Shown here: positions 8,864-17,077 of the stretch, piece by piece
Numbering within the stretch: position 1 is the first letter of the stretch
Layout: every line of letters starts with the position of its first letter
Assembly (NCBI RefSeq): GCF_000009045.1
Contig: NC_000964.3
Coordinates: forward strand, 2,340,001 to 2,372,000
From: Bacillus subtilis subsp. subtilis str. 168
GTDB lineage: Bacteria; Bacillota; Bacilli; Bacillales; Bacillaceae
Reading direction: 5' to 3'
DNA length: 32,000 nucleotides
Notes under the pieces: model-generated
What the model saw: only the letters and a program-made list of their open reading frames with translations
Databases searched by the model: none
What the model was told of the DNA's origin: nothing
Translations under genes and position numbers: made by a program

Positions 8864-9349
8864 TTAAGGCGTGATATTTTTGAGAATCTTTCCAGTTGTA
8901 AAGTCCACATAACTTAAACTGTATTGCCCTTCTTTGTCTAAGTACGTCACTTCCCAAAGCAGGACGTTTCCTTCTCTTGCCAGATGAACCTCTTTTTGCT
9001 TTGAAACCAGCCCTTCATCCTTTATGATTTTCGCCGCTTTGTCTTCAGAGATTCCCTCTTTCGCTTCTTTTGAGAGAATTTTTGCTTTTTTATCAGCAGG
9101 AACCCAGACATATAATGCAGTGCCTTTTTTATCCGTTCCCTTTACAACATAATATTTTTCTTTTCCGACAAATGTTTCGACTTGATCAACATGGGCGAGA
9201 TCGGTTTCTTTTTTAGCTTCAGCAGCTGCTGCTTCGTGCCCCTCTTCCTTTTGTGCCATGGCTGATTTATAAATGCTTGCCGAGACAAGAAGTACTGCTA
9301 AAAAAATAATACCAAAAATGACGGTAAATATTAATGCTTTTTTTCTCAT
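8864..9349 (-). CDS. ypmB: Membrane-anchored PepSY-type protein of unknown function YpmB
   Basis: 161 aa with a single N-terminal TM helix (ALIFTVIFGIIFLAVLLVSASIY) followed by a soluble domain. The name comes from recalled synteny. Confidence 0.75.
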   Translation of the reverse strand: MRKKALIFTVIFGIIFLAVLLVSASIYKSAMAQKEEGHEAAAAEAKKETDLAHVDQVETFVGKEKYYVVKGTDKKGTALYVWVPADKKAKILSKEAKEGISEDKAAKIIKDEGLVSKQKEVHLAREGNVLLWEVTYLDKEGQYSLSYVDFTTGKILKNITP

Positions 9350-9357
9350 CTTCTCAC

Positions 9358-9528
9358 CTACGTACGATAAATGGTAAAAACGGCTTGGTTTTTGTTTTCT
9401 TCATCCAGCGCAAGGCCGAACATCAGATTGTCTCTTTTCAGTGTACGATTCAATGTGTCCACAATTTTATACAGATCATCAGAATGCTCTACATTAATTG
9501 TTGAAAGAATTTCGATTTTACTTTCCAT
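9358..9528 (-). CDS. ypmA: Small protein of unknown function YpmA (56 aa)
   Basis: The ATG at 9528 lies 8 nt after a GGAGG. The track start at 9552 has no SD. The gene is 8 nt upstream of ypmB. Confidence 0.7.
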   Translation of the reverse strand: MESKIEILSTINVEHSDDLYKIVDTLNRTLKRDNLMFGLALDEENKNQAVFTIYRT

Positions 9529-9646
9529 TTTTTCATCCTCCAGTTTGAACAAATATTGTTAGTCATACTCCATTTCAGGACACGCCATACTAGTATCACA
9601 GAGCGGGAAATCCGCTTTTAAATAAAACACCATCCTACTCCCACAC

Positions 9647-9671
9647 CGCAAAAGCCGCTTTATGCGGCTTT
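9647..9671 (-). terminator. Rho-independent terminator of dinG
   Basis: AAAGCCGC-5 nt loop-GCGGCTTT followed by TTTT on the minus strand, abutting the dinG stop codon. Confidence 0.75.
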
Positions 9672-12466
9672 TATTCTTTTTCCCCTGCAACATAAGCTTC
9701 AAGCTCGCTGTCAGTCATTTCGGATACTGAGGTTGTCGGCAAGGCATCAAGAAACAGCCGGCCGTAACCAGCGGTTTTAATCCGTCTGTCCAATATAATA
9801 ATCGTTCCCTTGTCTCCCGCAGAACGCAGCAAGCGTCCGATTCCTTGCCTGAAGGTCAGCACAGCTTCCGGTAATGACACTGTTTGAAACGGATTCTTTC
9901 CTTTTTTGCGGGCAAGCTCACATTTTGCAGCATGAAGCGGGTGATCAGGGGACCGGAATGGGAGCCTCACGATCATTACTGTCGTCAGCTCATCACCAGG
10001 GAAATCAACGCCTTCCCAAAAATGATTTGTTCCGAGCAGGATCGCCTGATTGGATGTTTTAAAAGTCTTCATCAGTTTGCCGGGACTTCCGCCTGTAATC
10101 CCTTGTGCCAAGAGCTGAATGCCGGAAGCACTCATGTTATGCTTAAGCTCCTGGTGAACCTTTTTCAGCATATCATGGGATGTAAACAGCACAAGGATTT
10201 TAGGCTGTTTTTCCTTTGCCATCAGTTCGATATAACGGGCTGTATCCTGTATAAATTCAGGTTGCCCTGTATCCTGAATTGATTTCATTTCTTTTGGAAT
10301 CATCACCTGCATACGCTCATCGTAAGAAAAGGGTGACTCAATTCTCATTGTCCGCGGGAAAAAGTCACTCAGTCCCAGTCGTTCAATCATAAATTGAAAA
10401 GAACCTTCGACTGTAAGAGTTGCAGATGTCAGCACCACACTATTTTTGCGCGCGAAAAACTGATCAGCCAGAAGTTCACCAGGTTCAAGAGGCTGTGCGT
10501 AAATGGCCACTGCATTTTTCGCACCCTTTGCATCTATTTCAATCCAAACCGCTTCATCGTCATCAGAGCCAAAGAAGAGCTTCTGCAACGTCTGACAGTA
10601 ATGCTGCAAGCCTTTCATGCTTCTTTGGTATTCATCGGCTAAAAAGACGGTTTTGCTCTTCATGCCCTTCAAATGTTTTTCCATAAGGGATGACTGCGCC
10701 TCAAAAAGCTGCTGCAAATGTGTCAGCATGGAACAAAGCCTCTCCGCACCATCTGTTAAGATCGACCAGCTTTTATCCTGGCTTTCTTTGTTCACCTTAA
10801 ACACTAGACGGTTTAAGTCTTCTTTAGGTTTTCTTCGTTTGACAAAAGAATGTACAGAGCTAAAGAAAGCATCACTTTCTGCTTGAACGTGCTGAAGCCA
10901 CTCTTCCAATTCGAAAAATGAATCAACCGGCAGGCTGTTTCGCTGGAATAGCTGTCTCATCTTTTTTAGAAGTCCCTGCTCCTTCAGAGTGCCGATTCTG
11001 CTCAATTTCGTATGCAATTCTATGTACGTGGCTCTTTTCCCTAAATGTTCGCTTGCCGCACGTTCAAAATGGTGTGCTTCATCAATAATAAATGTGCCGC
11101 TTTCGGGAAGCCTTTTTTTATGGCTGCCTTCATCGGTCAGCAAAAGAGAATGATTGGTGATCACCAAATCGGAACGCATAGCAATCTGTTTGGCCCGCTC
11201 GTAAAAACCGATCACATGCTCACTGCGACTTCTTTTATAGGAGTCATCGTCATAAGCCAATCTGTCCCACAGCAATTTTCCGCCTGAAGGCAAATTCAGT
11301 TCCGCTACATCTCCTGTATTTGTCTCTGTCAGCCAAACAAGAAGCTGTGCCTTTGTCAGTACGGCATCATAATTATCATCTTCTTCATGAAGCACCTGCT
11401 CAAATTTATACAGGCATAAATAATGCGATTGCCCTTTTAAAATCGCCGCTGTTACCGGAAATGGAAACAGATCTTGGACAATCGGCAAATCCTTTGTGAG
11501 AATCTGCTGCTGTAAAAGCGTCGAATACGTGCTGATTATGACCGGCTTTTTTGATTTCTTGGCAAAAAGCGCAGCCGGAATAAGATAGCCAATCGTTTTT
11601 CCGATGCCTGGAGGAGCTTCAATCAGCGCATGCTCACGATTGGCAAACGCATCAGCCACCTCTCTCATCATCATCATTTGGCCGTCTCTTTTTTCATACC
11701 CAGGCATTAACTCTGACAGCGCTTTTTCATTTCCCGCTTCCCAGCTTTCGATCTCAAATGAGAAGTTCTCGTCCTCATTTATACGAACATCGATAGCTTC
11801 AGGTTCTCTGACAGAAAACGAAGAAAAGCGCGTATAGCCCGGTATCTCGGTATGTCTGTTTTCATTAATGAACATATCCAACAAATGCGTCAGATCACTG
11901 ATGAAATGCTGCGAAAGCCTTCTTAACTGCTTTAATGTCGGATAAGGAAGCTGCCGCAGCTTTTCAAGGATTTCCAAAAAAATAAGCCCTGTCACTTCAG
12001 CATCGCTGTCAGCCCGGTGCGGCTGATCATGCCGCAGCTGAAGCTCCTCGCTTAATTCCGTCAGCTTATACCCTTCAAATCCCGGAAAAACAATGCGTGA
12101 GAGCTCGACAGTATCAAGCACTTCACAATCTGGGAGCTGAAAGCCCGCCTTATGTAGCTCATACTTGACAAATCCAAGGTCAAAATGGATATTGTGGGCG
12201 ACAAAATAAGCGCCGTCAAGCAATTGGAATACTTCTTCAGCAACTGCTTCAAATGGCTGTTCATTCTCGACCATTTGATTAGAGATTCCAGTAAGCTGCT
12301 CAATAAAAGCAGGGATTGATTTATTTGGATTAATGTATTTTGAAAACCGCTCAGTAATTTGTCCATTTTCGATTACAACCGCTGCGATTTGTATGATTTT
12401 ATCGCCTTTCTTCGGCGAATTCCCTGTTGTCTCTACATCTATAACAACGAACCGTTGCTTATTCAT
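9671..12466 (-). CDS. dinG: DinG-family protein: an N-terminal DEDD (DnaQ-like) 3'-5' exonuclease domain fused to an SF2 XPD/DinG-like ATPase
   Basis: 931 aa from the ATG at 12466, with a GAGGTG SD 9 nt upstream. Exo motifs are present (VVIDVETTG, HNIHFDLGF, HRADSDA), as are Walker A (APPGIGKT) and a DEAH box (IIDEAHH). The track ORF is extended by 23 codons with no SD. Confidence 0.92.
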   Translation of the reverse strand: MNKQRFVVIDVETTGNSPKKGDKIIQIAAVVIENGQITERFSKYINPNKSIPAFIEQLTGISNQMVENEQPFEAVAEEVFQLLDGAYFVAHNIHFDLGFVKYELHKAGFQLPDCEVLDTVELSRIVFPGFEGYKLTELSEELQLRHDQPHRADSDAEVTGLIFLEILEKLRQLPYPTLKQLRRLSQHFISDLTHLLDMFINENRHTEIPGYTRFSSFSVREPEAIDVRINEDENFSFEIESWEAGNEKALSELMPGYEKRDGQMMMMREVADAFANREHALIEAPPGIGKTIGYLIPAALFAKKSKKPVIISTYSTLLQQQILTKDLPIVQDLFPFPVTAAILKGQSHYLCLYKFEQVLHEEDDNYDAVLTKAQLLVWLTETNTGDVAELNLPSGGKLLWDRLAYDDDSYKRSRSEHVIGFYERAKQIAMRSDLVITNHSLLLTDEGSHKKRLPESGTFIIDEAHHFERAASEHLGKRATYIELHTKLSRIGTLKEQGLLKKMRQLFQRNSLPVDSFFELEEWLQHVQAESDAFFSSVHSFVKRRKPKEDLNRLVFKVNKESQDKSWSILTDGAERLCSMLTHLQQLFEAQSSLMEKHLKGMKSKTVFLADEYQRSMKGLQHYCQTLQKLFFGSDDDEAVWIEIDAKGAKNAVAIYAQPLEPGELLADQFFARKNSVVLTSATLTVEGSFQFMIERLGLSDFFPRTMRIESPFSYDERMQVMIPKEMKSIQDTGQPEFIQDTARYIELMAKEKQPKILVLFTSHDMLKKVHQELKHNMSASGIQLLAQGITGGSPGKLMKTFKTSNQAILLGTNHFWEGVDFPGDELTTVMIVRLPFRSPDHPLHAAKCELARKKGKNPFQTVSLPEAVLTFRQGIGRLLRSAGDKGTIIILDRRIKTAGYGRLFLDALPTTSVSEMTDSELEAYVAGEKE

Positions 12467-12558
12467 TAAAATGGACACCTCAATTCTTGCATACGACAAA
12501 AGTGTAACACGTTTTGTACGGAAATGGAGCGGCAAAACCGTTTTACTCTCAAAATCTT

Positions 12559-12590
12559 AAAAGAAAACCCCCGATAAAGGGGGCTTTTCT
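12559..12590 (-). terminator. Rho-independent terminator of panBCD
   Basis: The minus strand reads GAAAAGCCCCC-TTTATC-GGGGGTTTTC followed by TTTT, immediately after the panD TAG stop. Confidence 0.8.
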
Positions 12591-12591
12591 T

Positions 12592-12975
12592 CTACAAAAT
12601 TGTACGGGCTGGTTCGTTCCCCAGCATTTGTTCAATTTTGTTTTGATCATTCAGAACAGCCACTTTCGGCTCATGGCTTGCCGCTTCTTGATCAGACATC
12701 ATTTTGTAGGAAATAATAATGACCTTATCTCCTTCCTGCACAAGGCGTGCGGCTGCACCGTTTAAGCATATGACGCCGCTTCCCCGTTTACCAGGAATAA
12801 TATACGTTTCAAGACGTGCTCCATTATTATTATTCACAATTTGTACTTTTTCATTAGGAAGCATTCCCACAGCATCAATGAGATCTTCATCAATTGTAAT
12901 GCTTCCCACATAGTTCAGGTTTGCTTCCGTAACAGTTGCCCTGTGAAGTTTGCCGCTCATCATTGTTCGATACAT
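12592..12975 (-). CDS. panD: Aspartate 1-decarboxylase (pyruvoyl-dependent)
   Basis: 127 aa from the ATG at 12975 with a GGAGAG SD. The self-processing G-S site is in YVGSITID. The start lies 1 nt after the panC stop (TAA T ATG). Confidence 0.93.
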   Translation of the reverse strand: MYRTMMSGKLHRATVTEANLNYVGSITIDEDLIDAVGMLPNEKVQIVNNNNGARLETYIIPGKRGSGVICLNGAAARLVQEGDKVIIISYKMMSDQEAASHEPKVAVLNDQNKIEQMLGNEPARTIL

Positions 12976-12976
12976 A

Positions 12977-13837
12977 TTATATTCTCTCCATTTCTCGAAT
13001 ATCAATAATGATATTATCTATTAAACGCGCTTTTGAAAAAGCAACTGCAACAGCGAGAATCATCTTTCCAGCAATTTCATTCACAGGCTCGAGTTCCGGA
13101 TAGGAATAAAGCTCTACATAGTCTATGGTTCCGCTAGTCGTTTCAATGATATCTTTTGCAGCTTTTATCACCGCTTCAGGATCTCTTTCACCGGCTTGGA
13201 CAAGTTCCGCACTTGTTTGAAGGGCCCGATACAGCTTAGGCGCTTCTTTTCTTTCCTCAGCTGTTAAGTATACATTGCGAGAGCTTTTGGCTAAGCCGTC
13301 TTCCTCTCTGACCGTATCGACAGGAACCAATTCAATATCCATGAAGAAGTCGCTGATTAACCCATCAACAACAGCTACCTGCTGCGCATCTTTTAAACCG
13401 AAATAGGCACGAGTCGGCTTGACTAGATTGAAAAGCTTCGTCAGTACGATCGCGACCCCGTCAAAATGTCCTTCTCTTGAGCGCCCGCATAACACGTCTG
13501 TGCGTCTTTCTACATGAATCGTGACATTCTTTTCACCGGGATACATATCATGAGCATCTGGCGTAAAAAGAATATCGACTCCGGCGTTTTCTGCAAGAGC
13601 TGCATCCCGCTCAATATCGCGCGGATATGCTTCAAAATCTTCATTAGGGCCGAATTGTGCAGGATTCACAAAAATACTCATAATAACGGCGTCGTTTTCT
13701 TGTCTTGCTTTGTCTGCTAAGGTTAAATGCCCCTCATGCAGAAACCCCATCGTCGGAACAAATCCGATTGACTTGCCCTCTGAATGGTATTGTTTTATGG
13801 CTTCTTTCAGCTGTGAAATATCAGTAATCTGTCTCAT
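12977..13837 (-). CDS. panC: Pantoate--beta-alanine ligase (pantothenate synthetase)
   Basis: 286 aa from the ATG at 13837. The HxGH nucleotidyltransferase motif is present ([13 protein letters not shown]). The start lies 1 nt after the panB stop (TAA G ATG). Confidence 0.93.
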   Translation of the reverse strand: MRQITDISQLKEAIKQYHSEGKSIGFVPTMGFLHEGHLTLADKARQENDAVIMSIFVNPAQFGPNEDFEAYPRDIERDAALAENAGVDILFTPDAHDMYPGEKNVTIHVERRTDVLCGRSREGHFDGVAIVLTKLFNLVKPTRAYFGLKDAQQVAVVDGLISDFFMDIELVPVDTVREEDGLAKSSRNVYLTAEERKEAPKLYRALQTSAELVQAGERDPEAVIKAAKDIIETTSGTIDYVELYSYPELEPVNEIAGKMILAVAVAFSKARLIDNIIIDIREMERI

Positions 13838-13838
13838 C

Positions 13839-14672
13839 TTATTTTCCCCCGTACAAGCCGTCAAGCACTGTCTGGTTCATTTGAAAGGAATGCTTTTGTT
13901 CAGGGAAAGCACGATGTCTTACATCCTGAACATATCCGCTGATTGCTGTTTCGATGGTTTCATCAATGCGCGTATATTGCTTTACAAATTTAGGTGTTCT
14001 CTCAACACCGTGGCCGATAATATCATGATAAACGAGAACTTGTCCGTCCGCTTTCACACCAGCCCCGATTCCAATGACCGGTATGCTTAGCGTCTCGGCA
14101 ATTTTGGCTGTGAGTTCTGCCGGCACACATTCCAGCACAAGCATCATAGCTCCTGCTTCTTCGCATTTTATACTGTCTTCTATTAATTTTTTGGCGCTTT
14201 GTTCGTCTTTGCCCTGTACTTTATAGCCGCCCAGTACGCCGACTGACTGCGGTGTCAAACCTAAGTGACTGACTACTGGAATGCCTCCAAGCGTCAATGC
14301 GCGAATGGATTCAAACACGCCTTCTCCGCCCTCAAGCTTCAGTGCGTCAGCTCCGCTTTCCTGAACGATAGCCGCTGCATTTTTCAGCGTATCTTCCTTA
14401 GACAGGTGATAAGACATAAACGGCATATCTGTCACAATAAAGGTATTCGGCGCACCCCTTTTAACGGCTTTTGTATGATGGATCATGTCCGCAACTGTCA
14501 CACCGACAGTTGAATCAAGGCCGAGGACGACCATTCCAAGTGAATCACCGACTAAAATCATGTCAACTCCCGCTTGTTCAGCAAGTTTAGCTGCCGGATA
14601 ATCATAAGCGGTCAGCATGACAATCGGTTCTTCAGACTCCTTCATTTTTAGAAAATCCAGTTTTGTTTTCAT
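13839..14672 (-). CDS. panB: 3-methyl-2-oxobutanoate hydroxymethyltransferase (ketopantoate hydroxymethyltransferase)
   Basis: 277 aa with the conserved LVGDSLGMV segment. A GGAGGAG SD lies 6 nt upstream of the ATG. Confidence 0.93.
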   Translation of the reverse strand: MKTKLDFLKMKESEEPIVMLTAYDYPAAKLAEQAGVDMILVGDSLGMVVLGLDSTVGVTVADMIHHTKAVKRGAPNTFIVTDMPFMSYHLSKEDTLKNAAAIVQESGADALKLEGGEGVFESIRALTLGGIPVVSHLGLTPQSVGVLGGYKVQGKDEQSAKKLIEDSIKCEEAGAMMLVLECVPAELTAKIAETLSIPVIGIGAGVKADGQVLVYHDIIGHGVERTPKFVKQYTRIDETIETAISGYVQDVRHRAFPEQKHSFQMNQTVLDGLYGGK

Positions 14673-14883
14673 GTTTTCTCCTCCTCATGTTTAGAGGAGA
14701 TGATCTGCCGTTTTCTTCTGCAAGCCAAAAAACCTTCCGTTACAACGAGAAGGATTCTTCACTTTCTAAAGTTCGGCGAGTTTCATCCCTCTGTCCCAGT
14801 CCTTTTTTGGATCAAGGCAGACTGCTGCAATGTCTATCTATTTTAATAATAGGTGCAGTTCGCAGGCGATACTGCCCAATGGA
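14673..14883 (-). promoter_or_regulatory. Structured panB 5' leader, a candidate pan-motif cis-regulatory RNA (exact boundaries uncertain)
   Basis: About 210 nt separate the putative promoter from panB. A hairpin GGGCAGT-11 nt-ACTGC(A)CC with a bulged A lies at 14852-14877. An internal terminator lies at 14727-14756. TCTCCTC at 14694-14700 is complementary to the panB SD GAGGAGA at 14677-14686. A pan RNA motif upstream of panB in Firmicutes, including B. subtilis, is established knowledge, but I cannot run the covariance model. Confidence 0.55.
14727..14756 (-). terminator. Intrinsic terminator inside the panB leader (attenuator candidate; could alternatively be the birA operon terminator)
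   Basis: The minus strand reads AATCCTTC-TCGTTGTAAC-GGAAGGTT followed by TTTTTT, 55 nt upstream of the panB ATG and downstream of the putative promoter. Confidence 0.65.
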
Positions 14884-14913
14884 AGTATACCAAAATCAAC
14901 GGGCTTGTACCAA
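14884..14913 (-). promoter_or_regulatory. Putative sigma-A promoter of panBCD with an extended -10
   Basis: The minus strand reads TTGGTA - 18 nt - TATACT, with TG one base upstream of the -10 (TGGTATACT). The -35 lies 5 nt after the birA stop codon. Confidence 0.5.
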
Positions 14914-14917
14914 CACA

Positions 14918-15895
14918 TTAGCCCAATTCGATATCGGCAGAATAGATTTTTTTAATGCCTTCGTTCGTTTCTAAAAGCAGAACGCCTTCATCATCTATAC
15001 CTAACGCCTTACCGTAAAAGGTTCCGTTTAACGTTCTGGCTCTCATATTAGTGCCAATACCGAGCGCATAGCTTTCCCATAAAAGCTTAATCGGCGTAAA
15101 TCCGTGCGTCATATAATCCCGGTACCGTTTCTCAAAGCATAGTAAAATATGCTGGATGACGCCGGCCCGATCAATTTTTTCCCCAGCAGCTTGGCTGAGG
15201 CTTGTCGCGATGTCCTTCAATTCATCTGGAAAATCATTAGGCTGCTGGTTAACGTTAATGCCGATCCCAATGATCACTGAACGTACGCGGTCTTCTTCAG
15301 CCTGCATTTCCGTTAGGATACCGACTGTTTTTTTTCCGTTAATCAAAATATCATTTGGCCATTTAATATCCGTTTGGATGCCTGCTGCCTCTTCTATTCC
15401 CTGCACAACAGCTACTGCAGCAAGCAGAGTCAGCTGCGGTGTTTTTTGGAGCGGAATGTCAGGCCGCAAAATCAGGCTCATCCAAACACCGTTTCCTTCT
15501 TGAGAATGCCATACCCTAGACATTCGGCCCCTTCCGGCTGTTTGTTTGTCAGCCACCACAAGGGTGCCTTCCGGTGCGTTATTATTCGCGAGCTCATGAG
15601 CCGTTTTTTGCGTGCTTGAAAGAACGTCATGGTAAATAAGATGCTGGCCCATCACTTCCGTTTTTAATCCAAAACGAATTTCGCTTTCACTGAGTTTTCC
15701 GGGTTTTTTGATGAGCCGATATCCTTTTCTTCTAACGGCTTCTACTTCATAACCCTCTTTCCGAAGCTCTTCAATATGCTTCCACACAGCAGTTCTTGAA
15801 CAGCCGAGAGCATCACTGATTTTTTGGCCGGAAATAAATTCATTGCCGGCCTGAGAAAATAATTCAATAAGGTCTTTTCTTAATGTTGACCGCAT
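14918..15895 (-). CDS. birA: Bifunctional biotin--[acetyl-CoA-carboxylase] ligase / biotin operon repressor
   Basis: 325 aa from the ATG at 15895 with an AGAGGAG SD. It has an N-terminal wHTH, a GRGRMSRVW biotin/ATP loop and a KWPND motif. The start overlaps the cca 3' end by 16 nt. The track ORF is extended by 31 codons. Confidence 0.93.
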   Translation of the reverse strand: MRSTLRKDLIELFSQAGNEFISGQKISDALGCSRTAVWKHIEELRKEGYEVEAVRRKGYRLIKKPGKLSESEIRFGLKTEVMGQHLIYHDVLSSTQKTAHELANNNAPEGTLVVADKQTAGRGRMSRVWHSQEGNGVWMSLILRPDIPLQKTPQLTLLAAVAVVQGIEEAAGIQTDIKWPNDILINGKKTVGILTEMQAEEDRVRSVIIGIGINVNQQPNDFPDELKDIATSLSQAAGEKIDRAGVIQHILLCFEKRYRDYMTHGFTPIKLLWESYALGIGTNMRARTLNGTFYGKALGIDDEGVLLLETNEGIKKIYSADIELG

Positions 15896-17073
15896 GTCTT
15901 CAGCCACTCCTCTATGTGTTTCTTTTGATTGGAGAGCTTCCCTGTCACAACAGCCTGCTCGATCCACTGTAATTCTTCTGACACCCATTTTCCGGCCGGC
16001 CGGTTTCGAAGCGCAAGCAAGTCCTTACCCGTGATATCAAGATCCTTAAGGCTTTTGATCGGCAGGTTTTGATAAGCGTACTGAATGTCCTTCAGTTTCT
16101 TTTCATCCAGTTTTTCGTTTTGCCGAAGCTGCGATATTTTGGCCGCTGAGAGCAGTGCTTTTTTCCCAGCTCTGTACATTGTCATTGCGTCAAGGCTCTG
16201 GCCAAACGTATCGGCAATGTGAATGGCTTCCTTGATCACTTTTCCCGGGAGCTTCCAGGCTTTCAGGAAAAGGGGCGCGTCTTTCAAAACTATGCCAAGG
16301 TTAATTAAAAGAGCAGCCCAAAGCTCCTCACGGGATGTTAAAGAGAAGAATGGAAACTCACTCGTTGAAATCAGGTTTTCTCGTTTATGATAAAAACCAG
16401 GAAGCTCTTCATACAATCTCGTTTGAATGAGTGTTTGAAGCGCCTGGCGAGAAGCTCTTCCCTGCAGCAATTTCTCAAACTCTATAGTTTTTCGTTCGAC
16501 TGAAACATGGGAGAGGAGTGATTTTTCTTTCGCAATGGCTTCTTCTGTTTCCGGTGAAAGCGTAAAGCCAAGCTGGCTCATAAAGCGTACGGCTCTCAGC
16601 ATACGAAGCGCATCCTCTTGAAATCTATCCTCAGGCTTTCCAACGGTTCGAATCACTTTCTGATCAATATCTTTCTTGCCGCCAAAATAATCAAGCACCT
16701 TCCCGTCCGCTGTCATGGCCATCGCATTGATCGTTAAATCTCTGCGTTTTAGATCCTCTTCTAATGATGAGATAAATTGCACTTCTGACGGTCTTCTGAA
16801 ATCAACATAATCAGATTCAGTCCGGAATGTCGTGACTTCATAGGTTTCATCCTCCCAGAGCACAATAATGGTCCCGTGCTCTTTGCCTACATCAACAGTC
16901 CGCTGAAACAGCCGTTCTACTTGATCAGGTGCCGCATCTGTCGCGATATCGACATCTCCGATCGTTCGTTTCATATAGCTGTCACGAACTGCGCCCCCGA
17001 CAAAATAAGCCTGATGGCCCGCTTCGATTAAGATGCGGAGCACGGGAAGTGCTTTGATAAAAACTTTTTCCAT
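15880..17073 (-). CDS. cca: CCA-adding tRNA nucleotidyltransferase
   Basis: 397 aa with the class II nucleotidyltransferase head motif GGAVRD...GDVDIAT. Confidence 0.93.
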   Translation of the reverse strand: MEKVFIKALPVLRILIEAGHQAYFVGGAVRDSYMKRTIGDVDIATDAAPDQVERLFQRTVDVGKEHGTIIVLWEDETYEVTTFRTESDYVDFRRPSEVQFISSLEEDLKRRDLTINAMAMTADGKVLDYFGGKKDIDQKVIRTVGKPEDRFQEDALRMLRAVRFMSQLGFTLSPETEEAIAKEKSLLSHVSVERKTIEFEKLLQGRASRQALQTLIQTRLYEELPGFYHKRENLISTSEFPFFSLTSREELWAALLINLGIVLKDAPLFLKAWKLPGKVIKEAIHIADTFGQSLDAMTMYRAGKKALLSAAKISQLRQNEKLDEKKLKDIQYAYQNLPIKSLKDLDITGKDLLALRNRPAGKWVSEELQWIEQAVVTGKLSNQKKHIEEWLKTCGQH

Positions 17074-17077
17074 GTGA

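Noticed and set aside
9560-9646. Promoter for ypmA and a second hairpin (AGCGG-N5-CCGCT at 9602-9616)
   Set aside because: Only weak candidates are present (TTAAAA-18-GATACT with an upstream TG). The hairpin is 5 bp with no U tract. This is not strong enough to annotate.
12467-12535. 5' extensions of track ORFs: dinG to 12535, birA to 15988, bshB1 to 19032, aroE to 29321, ypiA to 27696, panC to 13864, panD to 13005, qcrB to 24620, ypjB to 22353, ypmA to 9552
   Set aside because: The extensions overlap the upstream gene or promoter and begin at codons without an SD. They also add residues foreign to the families. In each case an internal start with a well-spaced SD gives the canonical protein length.
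12467-12560. Possible LexA (SOS) operator upstream of dinG
   Set aside because: I looked for the Bacillus GAAC-N4-GTTC box. Only a short GTGTnACAC palindrome is present, and nothing resembles the consensus.
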